A stretch of 64,000 nucleotides of DNA from an uncultured Pseudomonadota bacterium. GTDB lineage: Bacteria; Myxococcota_A; Polyangia; Fen-1088. Within the stretch, counting starts at the first letter, position 1, and every line of letters begins with the position of its first letter. Below the pieces are notes generated by a model. That model saw only the letters and a program-made list of their open reading frames with translations, was not told where the DNA came from and made no database searches. The position numbers and the translations under genes were made by a program. The stretch covers positions 160,001 through 224,000 of the forward strand of contig CAWKBC010000030.1 in NCBI GenBank assembly GCA_963847705.1, read 5' to 3'. Shown here one piece after another: positions 19,315 to 27,262 of this stretch.

Positions 19315-19360
19315 TGCAAGCTGCACGCTCGGGCGGTGGCCCGTCCCGGCAAGCTGCACG
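19315..19360. promoter_or_regulatory. Direct repeat GCAAGCTGCACG x2, 33 bp apart (putative enhancer)
   Basis: Exact 12-mers at 19316 and 19349. Confidence 0.55.
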
Positions 19361-19416
19361 TGGCGAGCGCGCCGAGGAGCGCCTCGGTCGCGACCCGTCA
19401 GCGACCTGGTGAAGGG

Positions 19417-20496
19417 CTAGGCGCCATCGAGCTCGGTCATCCAGCCGTGCTTGTCGGGCTCGCGCCCGTACTGAATCGCCGTGATCGCCTCCAGCAGGCG
19501 GCGCGCGATCTCGCCGGGCTGGCCGCCGTTGACGACCACGTCCTCGCCCTTCCAGCCGAGCGTCCCCACCGGGGTGATGACCGCCGCCGTGCCGCAGCCG
19601 AAGATCTCGCGCAGCGTGCCGCCGCGGTGCGCGCGCAAGAGCTCCTCCATCCCCAGCGGGCGCTCGTTGACGGTGTAGCCCCACCCGCGCAAGAGCGTGA
19701 TCACCGAGTCGCGCGTCACGCCGGCCAGGATGCTGCCGCCGAGCGGCGGCGTGACAATCTCCTCGCCGATGCGCGCCACCATGTTCATGGTGCCGACCTC
19801 TTCCAGGTAGCGGTGCTCGTGCGCGTCGGTCCAGAGCACCTGGTCGAAGCCCCGCGCCTTGGCGTCCTCCGCCGCGCGCAGGCTGGCGATGTAGTTTGCG
19901 CCCGCCTTCACGCCGCCGAGCCCTCCGACGGCGGCCCGCACGTACCTGTCCTCCACCAGGATCTTGGCCGGCGCGAAGGCCTCGCCGTGGTAGGCGCCCA
20001 CCGGTGAGGCGATGACGAAGAAGATGAAGCGCCTGGCCGGGCGCACGCCGAGAAACGCCTCGGTGGCGATCACCGTCGGCCGGATGTAGAGCGACGTTCC
20101 GGGCGACGAGGGCACCCACTCATGATCGGCCTTCACGAAGGCGGTGATGGCGGCGCGGGACAGCTCGGCCGGGACCGGCGGGATGCACAGCCGCTCGGCG
20201 CCATCGTGCAGGCGCTTGCAGTGGCGGTCGAGGCGGAAGAAGCGCACCTTGCCGTCGACGCCGCGGAAGGCCTTCAGGCCGTCGAACATCTCCTGCGCGT
20301 AGTGCAGCACCGCCGCCGCCGGGTCGAGCGCCAGCGGGCCGTAGGGGACCACGCGCGGATCGAACCAGCCACGCTCCGCCTCGTAGTCGACGATCGCCAT
20401 GTGGTCGGTGAAGGTGCGCCCGAAGACCAGCTCGCTGTCCCTGGGACGCGGCTTCGGCTGTTCGACCCGATGCAAAGAAAACGGCGGCGACGACAT
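19417..20496 (-). CDS. ilvE: Branched-chain amino acid aminotransferase
   Basis: FTDHM, LHYAQEMFDGLKA, LYIRP, KAGANY, EEVGTMN, GCGTAAVI. Confidence 0.95.
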   Translation of the reverse strand: MSSPPFSLHRVEQPKPRPRDSELVFGRTFTDHMAIVDYEAERGWFDPRVVPYGPLALDPAAAVLHYAQEMFDGLKAFRGVDGKVRFFRLDRHCKRLHDGAERLCIPPVPAELSRAAITAFVKADHEWVPSSPGTSLYIRPTVIATEAFLGVRPARRFIFFVIASPVGAYHGEAFAPAKILVEDRYVRAAVGGLGGVKAGANYIASLRAAEDAKARGFDQVLWTDAHEHRYLEEVGTMNMVARIGEEIVTPPLGGSILAGVTRDSVITLLRGWGYTVNERPLGMEELLRAHRGGTLREIFGCGTAAVITPVGTLGWKGEDVVVNGGQPGEIARRLLEAITAIQYGREPDKHGWMTELDGA

Positions 20497-20584
20497 CCGG
20501 TCAGGATATCGCGCCGCCGTCGCTGGCGCTAATGGGACCTGTCGGTCCGGTTAATAGGGGCCGAGGCCCCTCGAAGGGTCCTCC

Positions 20585-21106
20585 CTACAGCGACAGAACG
20601 CCGGTGCGGATCAGGTAGGCGAGGCGCTCCCGCTGGTCATTGTCGAGCAGCGCGTGGAGCCGCCCGAGCGCCGCCGTCACCGCGTCGCGCAGCCGCTCCG
20701 CCGTGGCGACGCGCAGCGCGGCCGACTCCTTGGCCCGCGTCGCGTCGAACGTCGGGCCGGCCACCGCGTCCGCGAACCCCGACAGCGAACGCCGGCGATC
20801 GACCTCCCCCTGCGCCCGCTCGGTCTTCAGATCGTCGAGGACCCGCGCCAGCTCCGCCACCTGCTTCTCGTCCAGCTCCAGCTTGTAGGCCAGGAACCGC
20901 AGCGGCCGGCGGACCCCGAACGGGCCGCCACCGAACCCCTCGGCTTCCTCGTCACCCCCGCCGTAGCCGTGCCCATGGCCGTGCCGGCCGCCTCCGCCGT
21001 GCCGCGATTCACCCGGGCTGCAGCTCCAGGCTCCGCAGCCGCTTCCACTGTCACCCGCTCCTGGCTCGTGGCGCGCGCGCCACCAGGACATCACGTGTCC
21101 GTGCAT
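20585..21106 (-). CDS. Spy/CpxP-like helical hypothetical protein with His/Gly-rich N-terminus
   Basis: LELDEKQ and LHALLDNDQRERL (LTxxQ-like) motifs. Confidence 0.6.
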   Translation of the reverse strand: MHGHVMSWWRARHEPGAGDSGSGCGAWSCSPGESRHGGGGRHGHGHGYGGGDEEAEGFGGGPFGVRRPLRFLAYKLELDEKQVAELARVLDDLKTERAQGEVDRRRSLSGFADAVAGPTFDATRAKESAALRVATAERLRDAVTAALGRLHALLDNDQRERLAYLIRTGVLSL

Positions 21107-21234
21107 GTTGCTTCTCCTTCTTCCTTTCGCCGAGGCCTTCAGCTCCCGGCGGGTTTTGACCGTGGGCGATATGCCTCACGGATGTCCCGAAAGCATAACC
21201 GCCGAAGGGCGAGGGTCAATGGTAAACAAGCCGC

Positions 21235-21705
21235 ATGCCTCGCTACTGGCTGATGAAGTCGGAACCCGAAGCGTTCTCGATCGACGATCTGGCGCGCGCC
21301 AAGAACGGCACCACGCGCTGGGACGGCGTGCGCAACTACCAGGCACGCAACTTCCTGCGCGACGACATCTCGCTGGGGGACGGGGTGCTCTTCTATCACT
21401 CCAGCGTCGACCCGCCGGCCGTGGTCGGCACGGCGCGGGTGGCCCGCGCCGGCTATCCCGACCCGACCCAGTTCGACCCCCAGGATAGCCACTGCGATCC
21501 GGACAGCCCCCGCGACGCTCCCCGCTGGTTCGCCGTCGACATCGCGTTCGACGAGAAGTTCACCCGGCCGGTCACGCTCGCCGAGTTGCGCGCGGACGAG
21601 GCGCTCGCCGAGATGGTCCTCTTGCGCCGGGGGAGCCGCCTCTCGGTGCAACCGGTGTCGGCGGGCGAGTGGAAGCGGATCGTGAAGCTCGGCGCGCGCA
21701 AATGA
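21235..21705 (+). CDS. EVE domain protein
   Basis: YWLMKSEP, WDGVRNYQARN, FYHS, RLSVQPV. Confidence 0.93.
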   Translation: MPRYWLMKSEPEAFSIDDLARAKNGTTRWDGVRNYQARNFLRDDISLGDGVLFYHSSVDPPAVVGTARVARAGYPDPTQFDPQDSHCDPDSPRDAPRWFAVDIAFDEKFTRPVTLAELRADEALAEMVLLRRGSRLSVQPVSAGEWKRIVKLGARK

Positions 21706-22151
21706 AAGATGCAGCGCCGGGCGGCGTGCACCACGTCGCCATCGCCGTCCGCGATCTCGAAGCGGTGGAGCCCTTCTACATCCGGGTGCTGGGTTTGCCC
21801 GTCCTGCGGCGCTGGCCGATGACGGGCGAAGCGACGGGCGACGAGAAACGTGACCGGGCGGTCTGGTTGGATCTGGGGGCGGGCGCCTTCCTGGCGCTCG
21901 AGCGCGCAGCCGATGCCGGGGTCGCGCGCGCGGGCGCTCCCGCCGATCGGGCGCAGGGCTACCTCATGATCGCCCTGCGGATCAGCCGCGCGGCGCGCGC
22001 CGACTGGGAGGCGCGCCTGGCCGGGGCGGGCGTCGCCGTCGTGCATCGCACCGACCACACGCTCTACGTGGCTGACCCGGAGGGGAACCGTGTCGGTCTG
22101 TCGCACTGGCCCGACCCGGTGGGACCGCCGGGGGCACCGACGGGAGGCTGA
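21702..22151 (+). CDS. VOC/glyoxalase family protein
   Basis: VHHVAIAVRDL..FY..VLG, YVADPEGNRV; ATGA overlap with the EVE gene. Confidence 0.85.
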   Translation: MKDAAPGGVHHVAIAVRDLEAVEPFYIRVLGLPVLRRWPMTGEATGDEKRDRAVWLDLGAGAFLALERAADAGVARAGAPADRAQGYLMIALRISRAARADWEARLAGAGVAVVHRTDHTLYVADPEGNRVGLSHWPDPVGPPGAPTGG

Positions 22152-22153
22152 GC

Positions 22154-22462
22154 TTGCCGACCATCACCTACCTGCCTGCCGGGACGCGGATCGAATGCGC
22201 GGCCGGCGAATCGGTCTTCGAGGTCGCGCGGCGCGCCGGGATCAACGTCACCACCGCTTGCGTGGGCAAGGCGACCTGCGGTCTTTGTCGGGTGAAGGTG
22301 ATCGCCGGCGAGCAGCACCTGTCGCCGTTCAACGCCGCCGAGCGCAAGCACCTGGGCAACGTCTACTTCATCAACAAGCTGCGCCTCTCCTGTCAGGCGC
22401 GGCTCGGGCCGGGGGACGTCGGCGTCGATGTCGTGGTCGAGCTTCCCGCCGTCCCGGGGTGA
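22154..22462 (+). CDS. 2Fe-2S ferredoxin
   Basis: CVGKATCGLC...RLSCQ. Confidence 0.9.
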   Translation: MPTITYLPAGTRIECAAGESVFEVARRAGINVTTACVGKATCGLCRVKVIAGEQHLSPFNAAERKHLGNVYFINKLRLSCQARLGPGDVGVDVVVELPAVPG

Positions 22463-22474
22463 TCGCCCAAGGGC

Positions 22475-22519
22475 GAGCGCCCACCGGTGAGCGCCCTCGG
22501 TGAGCGTCCACCGGGTGAG
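22475..22519. repeat. Short degenerate tandem repeat (GAGCGCCCACCGGT-like, about 3 copies)
   Basis: Seen directly in the intergenic gap. Confidence 0.55.
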
Positions 22520-22583
22520 GGATTGACCGGCCGATCGCCCGGCTGAGCCTTCCGCCTCGGGGATCCGGCGCCACCTTCAATCG

Positions 22584-23978
22584 GTGGCCGGGGCGGTGGC
22601 GAGGCGACGGTGGGCAGGGTGGATGCTGGCGGCCCTGCTCGCGTTCCTGGCCCGCCCGGCGCGCGCGGACGGCGCCTTCCCCGACGGCCAGAGCATCATC
22701 GTGCCCACCGATCGCCCTGACGAGATCCTGCTCGCCACCAACTTCGGCGTGCTCACCTCGCAGGACGCCGGGGCCACCTGGATCTGGGCTTGCGAGCAGC
22801 CGGTGAACAGCTACGGGCGCCTCTACCAGATGGGGCCGGCGCCGGCACACCGGCTCTACGCCATCGCGAACGGCACGCTGGTCTTCTCCGACGACGACGC
22901 CTGCGGCTGGCAGGTCGCGGGCGGCGCGCTGGGCGCCCAGCTCTGCGAGGACGCCTTCATCGATCCGACCGATGGCACGCGGGTGCTGGCCGCCGGCCTC
23001 GCCTCCGGGACGGCGGGGGCCGTCTACACGGTGTTTGAATCGACCGACAGCGGTGCGACGTTCAACCAGACGCTCTACACCGGCGCGCCCGGCGATCTCG
23101 TCACCGGGCTCGAGATCGCCGCCTCCGACCCGATGACGATCGATCTCGCGCTCTCCAGAGGGACGGCCGCGGCACCGACGCTGGCCCGGTCGAGCGACGG
23201 CGGCGGGACCTGGCAGCTCGCCGATTTGACGGCCGCGCTCGGTGTCGGACAGGTGCGGATCGTGGCGATCGATCCCGTCGACAGCGACCGGGTGTGGCTG
23301 CGCTGGCTGGGCACCGATGGCGACGCGCTGGCGCTGGCCACCCAGGGCGGCGCGGCGGTGGCCGTGCCGCTCACCTTCGACAGCGGCGGGTTGACCGCGT
23401 TCGTGCGCACCAGCGCAGGGACCATCCTGGCGGCGGGGACCATCGCGAACGCGCCGGCGCTGTTCCGGTCGACCGACGGCGGCGCGACGTTCACGGCGCT
23501 GGCCGCTCCGCCCTACATCCTGGCGCTGGCCGAGCGTGCCGGAACGGTCTACGCGGCCATCGACACGGCGTACGAGCCGTTCGCCGAGGCGACCTCGACC
23601 GATGAGGGGACGACCTGGCAGCCTGGTCTGGCCTTCGTCAACGTCGCGGGGATCGCCCCCTGCTTGAAGGGCGTCTGTCAGACCGATTGCGCGACGCGCG
23701 CCCAGCAGCAGCAATGGCCGGCGGCGGTCTGCGCGGCCGAGGTGCTGGTGAGCGAGCCGACCGACGCCGCCGTGATCGACGCCGGCCTGCCCGACGCCCA
23801 GGTCATCGTGCCGCTCCGCGACGCCAGCGCCCTCGCCCCCATCGACGCCGGAGACACGCCGCGGATCCCACCCAGCGGATGCTCCTGCGCGACGGCGCCC
23901 GGCTGGGGCTCCGCCCCGTGGTTGGCGGCGGTACTCCTGGGCGGGTCGCTGCTTTCGCGCCGGCGCCGGGGACGCTAG
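22584..23978 (+). CDS. Exported BNR/Asp-box beta-propeller protein with MYXO-CTERM-like tail
   Basis: Repeated SxDGGxTW/F boxes; C-terminal GCSC-TM-RRRR. Confidence 0.8.
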   Translation: MAGAVARRRWAGWMLAALLAFLARPARADGAFPDGQSIIVPTDRPDEILLATNFGVLTSQDAGATWIWACEQPVNSYGRLYQMGPAPAHRLYAIANGTLVFSDDDACGWQVAGGALGAQLCEDAFIDPTDGTRVLAAGLASGTAGAVYTVFESTDSGATFNQTLYTGAPGDLVTGLEIAASDPMTIDLALSRGTAAAPTLARSSDGGGTWQLADLTAALGVGQVRIVAIDPVDSDRVWLRWLGTDGDALALATQGGAAVAVPLTFDSGGLTAFVRTSAGTILAAGTIANAPALFRSTDGGATFTALAAPPYILALAERAGTVYAAIDTAYEPFAEATSTDEGTTWQPGLAFVNVAGIAPCLKGVCQTDCATRAQQQQWPAAVCAAEVLVSEPTDAAVIDAGLPDAQVIVPLRDASALAPIDAGDTPRIPPSGCSCATAPGWGSAPWLAAVLLGGSLLSRRRRGR

Positions 23979-24865
23979 GTGCGGCGGGCGCCCAGCGGCG
24001 CCCGGGACTCGCTGTCCTCGGCGTCGGCCTTGGCCGCCTGCGCGCCGAGTTGCTTGGTCTGCTGGTTGCTCGCCAGCGCCAGCGCGCTCGCCATCATGGC
24101 CTGCGTCTGTGCGGCCGTCGGCGCCGCCGCCGCCATCCCCAGATCGATCGGCACCGGGAAGACGATGGTCGACGACGCCTCGCCCGCCACCTCGACCAGC
24201 GTCTGGTAGAGGCGCAGCTGCAGCGCGCCCGGGTTGCCGGCGATCATCTGGGCCGCCTGCGCCAGCTTGGCGGCTGCTTGCACCTCACCCTCGGCGGCGA
24301 TCACCTTGGCGCGCCGCTCGCGCTCGGCCTCCGCCTGGCGGGCCATGGCCCGCTGCATCTCCTTGGGGAGCTGGATGTCCTTGATCTCCACCGCCGAGAT
24401 CTCCACGCCCCACTGCTCGGTGCGGGTGTCGAGGATGGTTCGGATCTCGCCGTTGATCTTGTCCCGGTGGGCCAGGATGTCGTCGAGGTCCATCTTGCCC
24501 AGGACCGCCCGCAGCGTGGTCGAGGCGAGCTGCAGCGTCGCCGGCATGAAGTCCTCGACCTCCAGGATGGCGTGCGACGGCGAGTTGACCGAAGCATAGA
24601 CGACCGCGTCGACGCTGATGGTGATGTTGTCGTGCGAGATGATGTCCTGCGGGGTGATCTGGATGGCGCGGGTGCGCGTGTCGACCACCCGCATCCGATC
24701 GATCCCGAAGGGGAGCAGCAGGTTGAACCCCGGCGAGGCCAGCGCCTTGCGGGCCCGGCCGAACCGGAAGACCACGCCGCGCTCGTACTCCTGGAGGATC
24801 TTCGTCCCGGTCAGGAGCAACATCACCCCGGCTGCCACAGCCGCCCCAAACGCGATGGTGAACAT
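23975..24865 (-). CDS. SPFH/stomatin (slipin) family protein
   Basis: EYERGVVFRFGR, AMARQAEAERERRAKVIAAEGE, ALQLR. Confidence 0.93.
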   Translation of the reverse strand: MFTIAFGAAVAAGVMLLLTGTKILQEYERGVVFRFGRARKALASPGFNLLLPFGIDRMRVVDTRTRAIQITPQDIISHDNITISVDAVVYASVNSPSHAILEVEDFMPATLQLASTTLRAVLGKMDLDDILAHRDKINGEIRTILDTRTEQWGVEISAVEIKDIQLPKEMQRAMARQAEAERERRAKVIAAEGEVQAAAKLAQAAQMIAGNPGALQLRLYQTLVEVAGEASSTIVFPVPIDLGMAAAAPTAAQTQAMMASALALASNQQTKQLGAQAAKADAEDSESRAPLGARRT

Positions 24866-24907
24866 GGCGCGATTTTACCACTGGAAACCGGTCCGAGCCG
24901 GCGGCCG

Positions 24908-25552
24908 TCAGCGCCGGTCGGGGCGGGGGGAATCGAGGCCGTAGAGCGCGCGGCCCCGCCGGCCGCCGAAGTAATACAGCAACACCAGGCAGGCGAGGGC
25001 GCCCAGCAGACCGGCCAGGATCGCCGGCACCACCATCAGGTGGGGAAGCTGGGCCGCCGTGAAACCGGGCGGCTCGCGGCCGCTTTCGATCACCACCTGG
25101 GAGAGCAGGGAGGCGCCTTCGGTGGCCGCCCGCCGCGCCATGACCACGCCCAGCGGCAGGCCGCCGAGCTGGTAGACGATCCCGACGACGCCGGTCACGA
25201 TGGCCAGCTTCCGGCCGTGGGGGTCGCGCGAGAGCAGCGCCGCCACCGTGTACAGGGTGAAGAGCGCCACCCCCAGCGAGATCAACGCGCCGGCCCGCAC
25301 CTCGGCCTTGTAGCGCTCGACGATGGCGTTGCTGAGCGCCTCCAGCTTCTGGATCGTTTCGGTCGACTCGGCCGCCGACTCGGCCGGGCGGGTCATGTTC
25401 TCGATCGCCATCACGGCCATGGCCCGCGGCTCGCGCAGCATGAGCAGCGCGCTGACCAGCGTCACCCCGCCGTAGACCAGCATCGATGAGGTGAGAACCG
25501 TCAGCCATACCGGCCGGGATGTGGGCGCCTTGGGCGCTTTGGCCTCGAGCAT
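24908..25552 (-). CDS. Hypothetical 4-TM membrane protein
   Basis: Four hydrophobic segments; probable start MLEAK. Confidence 0.65.
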   Translation of the reverse strand: MLEAKAPKAPTSRPVWLTVLTSSMLVYGGVTLVSALLMLREPRAMAVMAIENMTRPAESAAESTETIQKLEALSNAIVERYKAEVRAGALISLGVALFTLYTVAALLSRDPHGRKLAIVTGVVGIVYQLGGLPLGVVMARRAATEGASLLSQVVIESGREPPGFTAAQLPHLMVVPAILAGLLGALACLVLLYYFGGRRGRALYGLDSPRPDRR

Positions 25553-25624
25553 CTTGGAGCCGAACCATATGCCGAGACCATCGGCGTGACAAAGTCCGAC
25601 TCTTGCCTCAAAGTCGTGCGCCAA

Positions 25625-26284
25625 ATGCACCACCTGCTCGATCTCTTCCATAAAATCTACGACGTCCAGGGGCTGGTCCGTTTCGGCGGTTTGGCCGCGC
25701 TGACGGCGGTGATCTTCGCAGAGACTGGCCTGCTGGTCGGGTTCTTTCTCCCCGGCGATTCGCTGCTGGTGACCGCCGGCCTGTTCTGCACCGGCGCCAA
25801 GGGCGAGGCGCCGCTGCTGAACATCGTCACCTTGATCCTGGCGGCCACCGTGGCGGCGATCGTCGGAGACACCGTCGGTTACTGGATCGGCGCCAAGTCC
25901 GGCCCGAGGATCTTCAGCCGCGAACAGTCGCTGCTGTTTTCGCGCAAGCACCTCCTGCGCACCAAAGAGTTCTACGAACGTCACGGCGGCAAGACCATCA
26001 TCATGGCGCGCTTCATGCCGTTCCTGCGCACCTTCGCGCCGGTGGTCGCCGGCGTCGGGCAGATGAGCTATCGCCGGTTCGTCAGCTTCAACATCGTCGG
26101 CGGCATCGCCTGGGTGGTGAGCATGACGATGCTGGGGTTCTCGCTGGGCAACATCTACCCCGGGATCAACAAGCAGATCGACAAGGTGGTCATCGTCATC
26201 ATCGCCGTCTCGCTGATTCCAGGGGCCGTCAGCTACCTCCTGAACCGCAAGAAGACGCCGCCCTCGACGTCGCTGGCCGCTTGA
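25625..26284 (+). CDS. DedA/VTT family membrane protein
   Basis: FAETGLLVGFFLPGDSLL, ARFMPFLRTFAP. Confidence 0.93.
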   Translation: MHHLLDLFHKIYDVQGLVRFGGLAALTAVIFAETGLLVGFFLPGDSLLVTAGLFCTGAKGEAPLLNIVTLILAATVAAIVGDTVGYWIGAKSGPRIFSREQSLLFSRKHLLRTKEFYERHGGKTIIMARFMPFLRTFAPVVAGVGQMSYRRFVSFNIVGGIAWVVSMTMLGFSLGNIYPGINKQIDKVVIVIIAVSLIPGAVSYLLNRKKTPPSTSLAA

Positions 26285-26748
26285 AGGCCGTCAAAAAAGC
26301 CAAGGCCGCGCCGGCGCCGGCGGCCGCGCGTCCCGCGCCCAAGGTGGCGTTTCCCAAGAAGGCGCAGGCGCCGACGCACGCAGAGTTCGCGGCGCGGCTG
26401 CCGGCTCCGGTCGGCAAGCGTTTCGAGGCGGTGCGCGCCTACCTCAAGAAGCAGGAGATCGCCGAGGACTTCTACTACTACGGTCCCCGCACCGGCTGGG
26501 CGTACCGTTATCTGGATGGCGAGAATTCCCTCTGCTCGATCATGATCTTGAAGGGGCGGCTGGTCGGGATCATCGCGCTCGACGCCGCGGCGCAGGCGAA
26601 GGTCTCCTGGGCCACGCTGTCCGACGTCGCCAAGCGGGCGCGCAAGGTCGCCCACGGAACACCTTCGCTCTTGTGGCTCGACATCCCGCTCGACGGGACG
26701 GGAGCGATGGACTTCAAGAGCCTGCTCAAAGCCAAGCTCACCGGTTGA
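26281..26748 (+). CDS. Hypothetical protein (DUF3788-like)
   Basis: YGPRTGWAYRY...LC and LWLDI..DFKSLLKAK pattern; TTGA overlap with dedA. Confidence 0.55.
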   Translation: MKAVKKAKAAPAPAAARPAPKVAFPKKAQAPTHAEFAARLPAPVGKRFEAVRAYLKKQEIAEDFYYYGPRTGWAYRYLDGENSLCSIMILKGRLVGIIALDAAAQAKVSWATLSDVAKRARKVAHGTPSLLWLDIPLDGTGAMDFKSLLKAKLTG

Positions 26749-26831
26749 AGCTCACCGCTTGAAGCTCACTGGTTGAAGCTCACCGGTTGAAGCTCGCCGG
26801 TTGAAGCTCGCCGGTTGAAGCTCACCGGTTG
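26734..26831. repeat. Tandem array, 7 x 14 bp (AAGCTCACCGGTTG)
   Basis: Seven contiguous units with at most one mismatch each; the first unit encodes the upstream gene's last codons and the start of its stop. Confidence 0.95.
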
Positions 26832-26951
26832 ACGGCCAGCGGTCTGAAGCTGTCGCCGCCCGGAGGCGCAGGCGGTTTCGCTCGACGGCGGCCGGCGGCC
26901 TCGACGAGCTGCAGGACGACGTCGCGAACTTCACGTTCTTCATGGCCAGGA

Positions 26952-27106
26952 GCCTCCCGAGGTCTGGACGCCCCGCCAGAGGCCCCGCGAGGTGTGGATG
27001 CCCCGCGAGGTGTGGATGCCCCGCGAGGTCTGGATGCCCCGCGAGGTTGGACGCCCCGCGAGGTGTGGACGCCCTGCGAGGTCTGGATGCCCCGGGAGGT
27101 GTGGAT
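26952..27106. repeat. Tandem array, about 8 x 18 bp (GCCCCGCGAGGTGTGGAT)
   Basis: Seven contiguous units 26982-27106 (one is 17 bp) plus a degenerate unit at 26952. Confidence 0.93.
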
Positions 27107-27262
27107 GGGATGAAAAAAACTCCAAGGCGGTTGTCACGGGGACGGGGCGCGCGCGTCCCCCCGCCCAGGGAAAACAGCTCCGAAAACGTCCTTTCCCTAT
27201 GCTAAGTTAGGCGCCATCTTCGGGCGCCAAAGCTCCGCGCTTTCGCCCGCAGGAGGTCCCTC

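Noticed and set aside
26734-27106. CRISPR array
   Set aside because: Units are contiguous 14- and 18-mers with no unique spacers, and no cas genes are nearby
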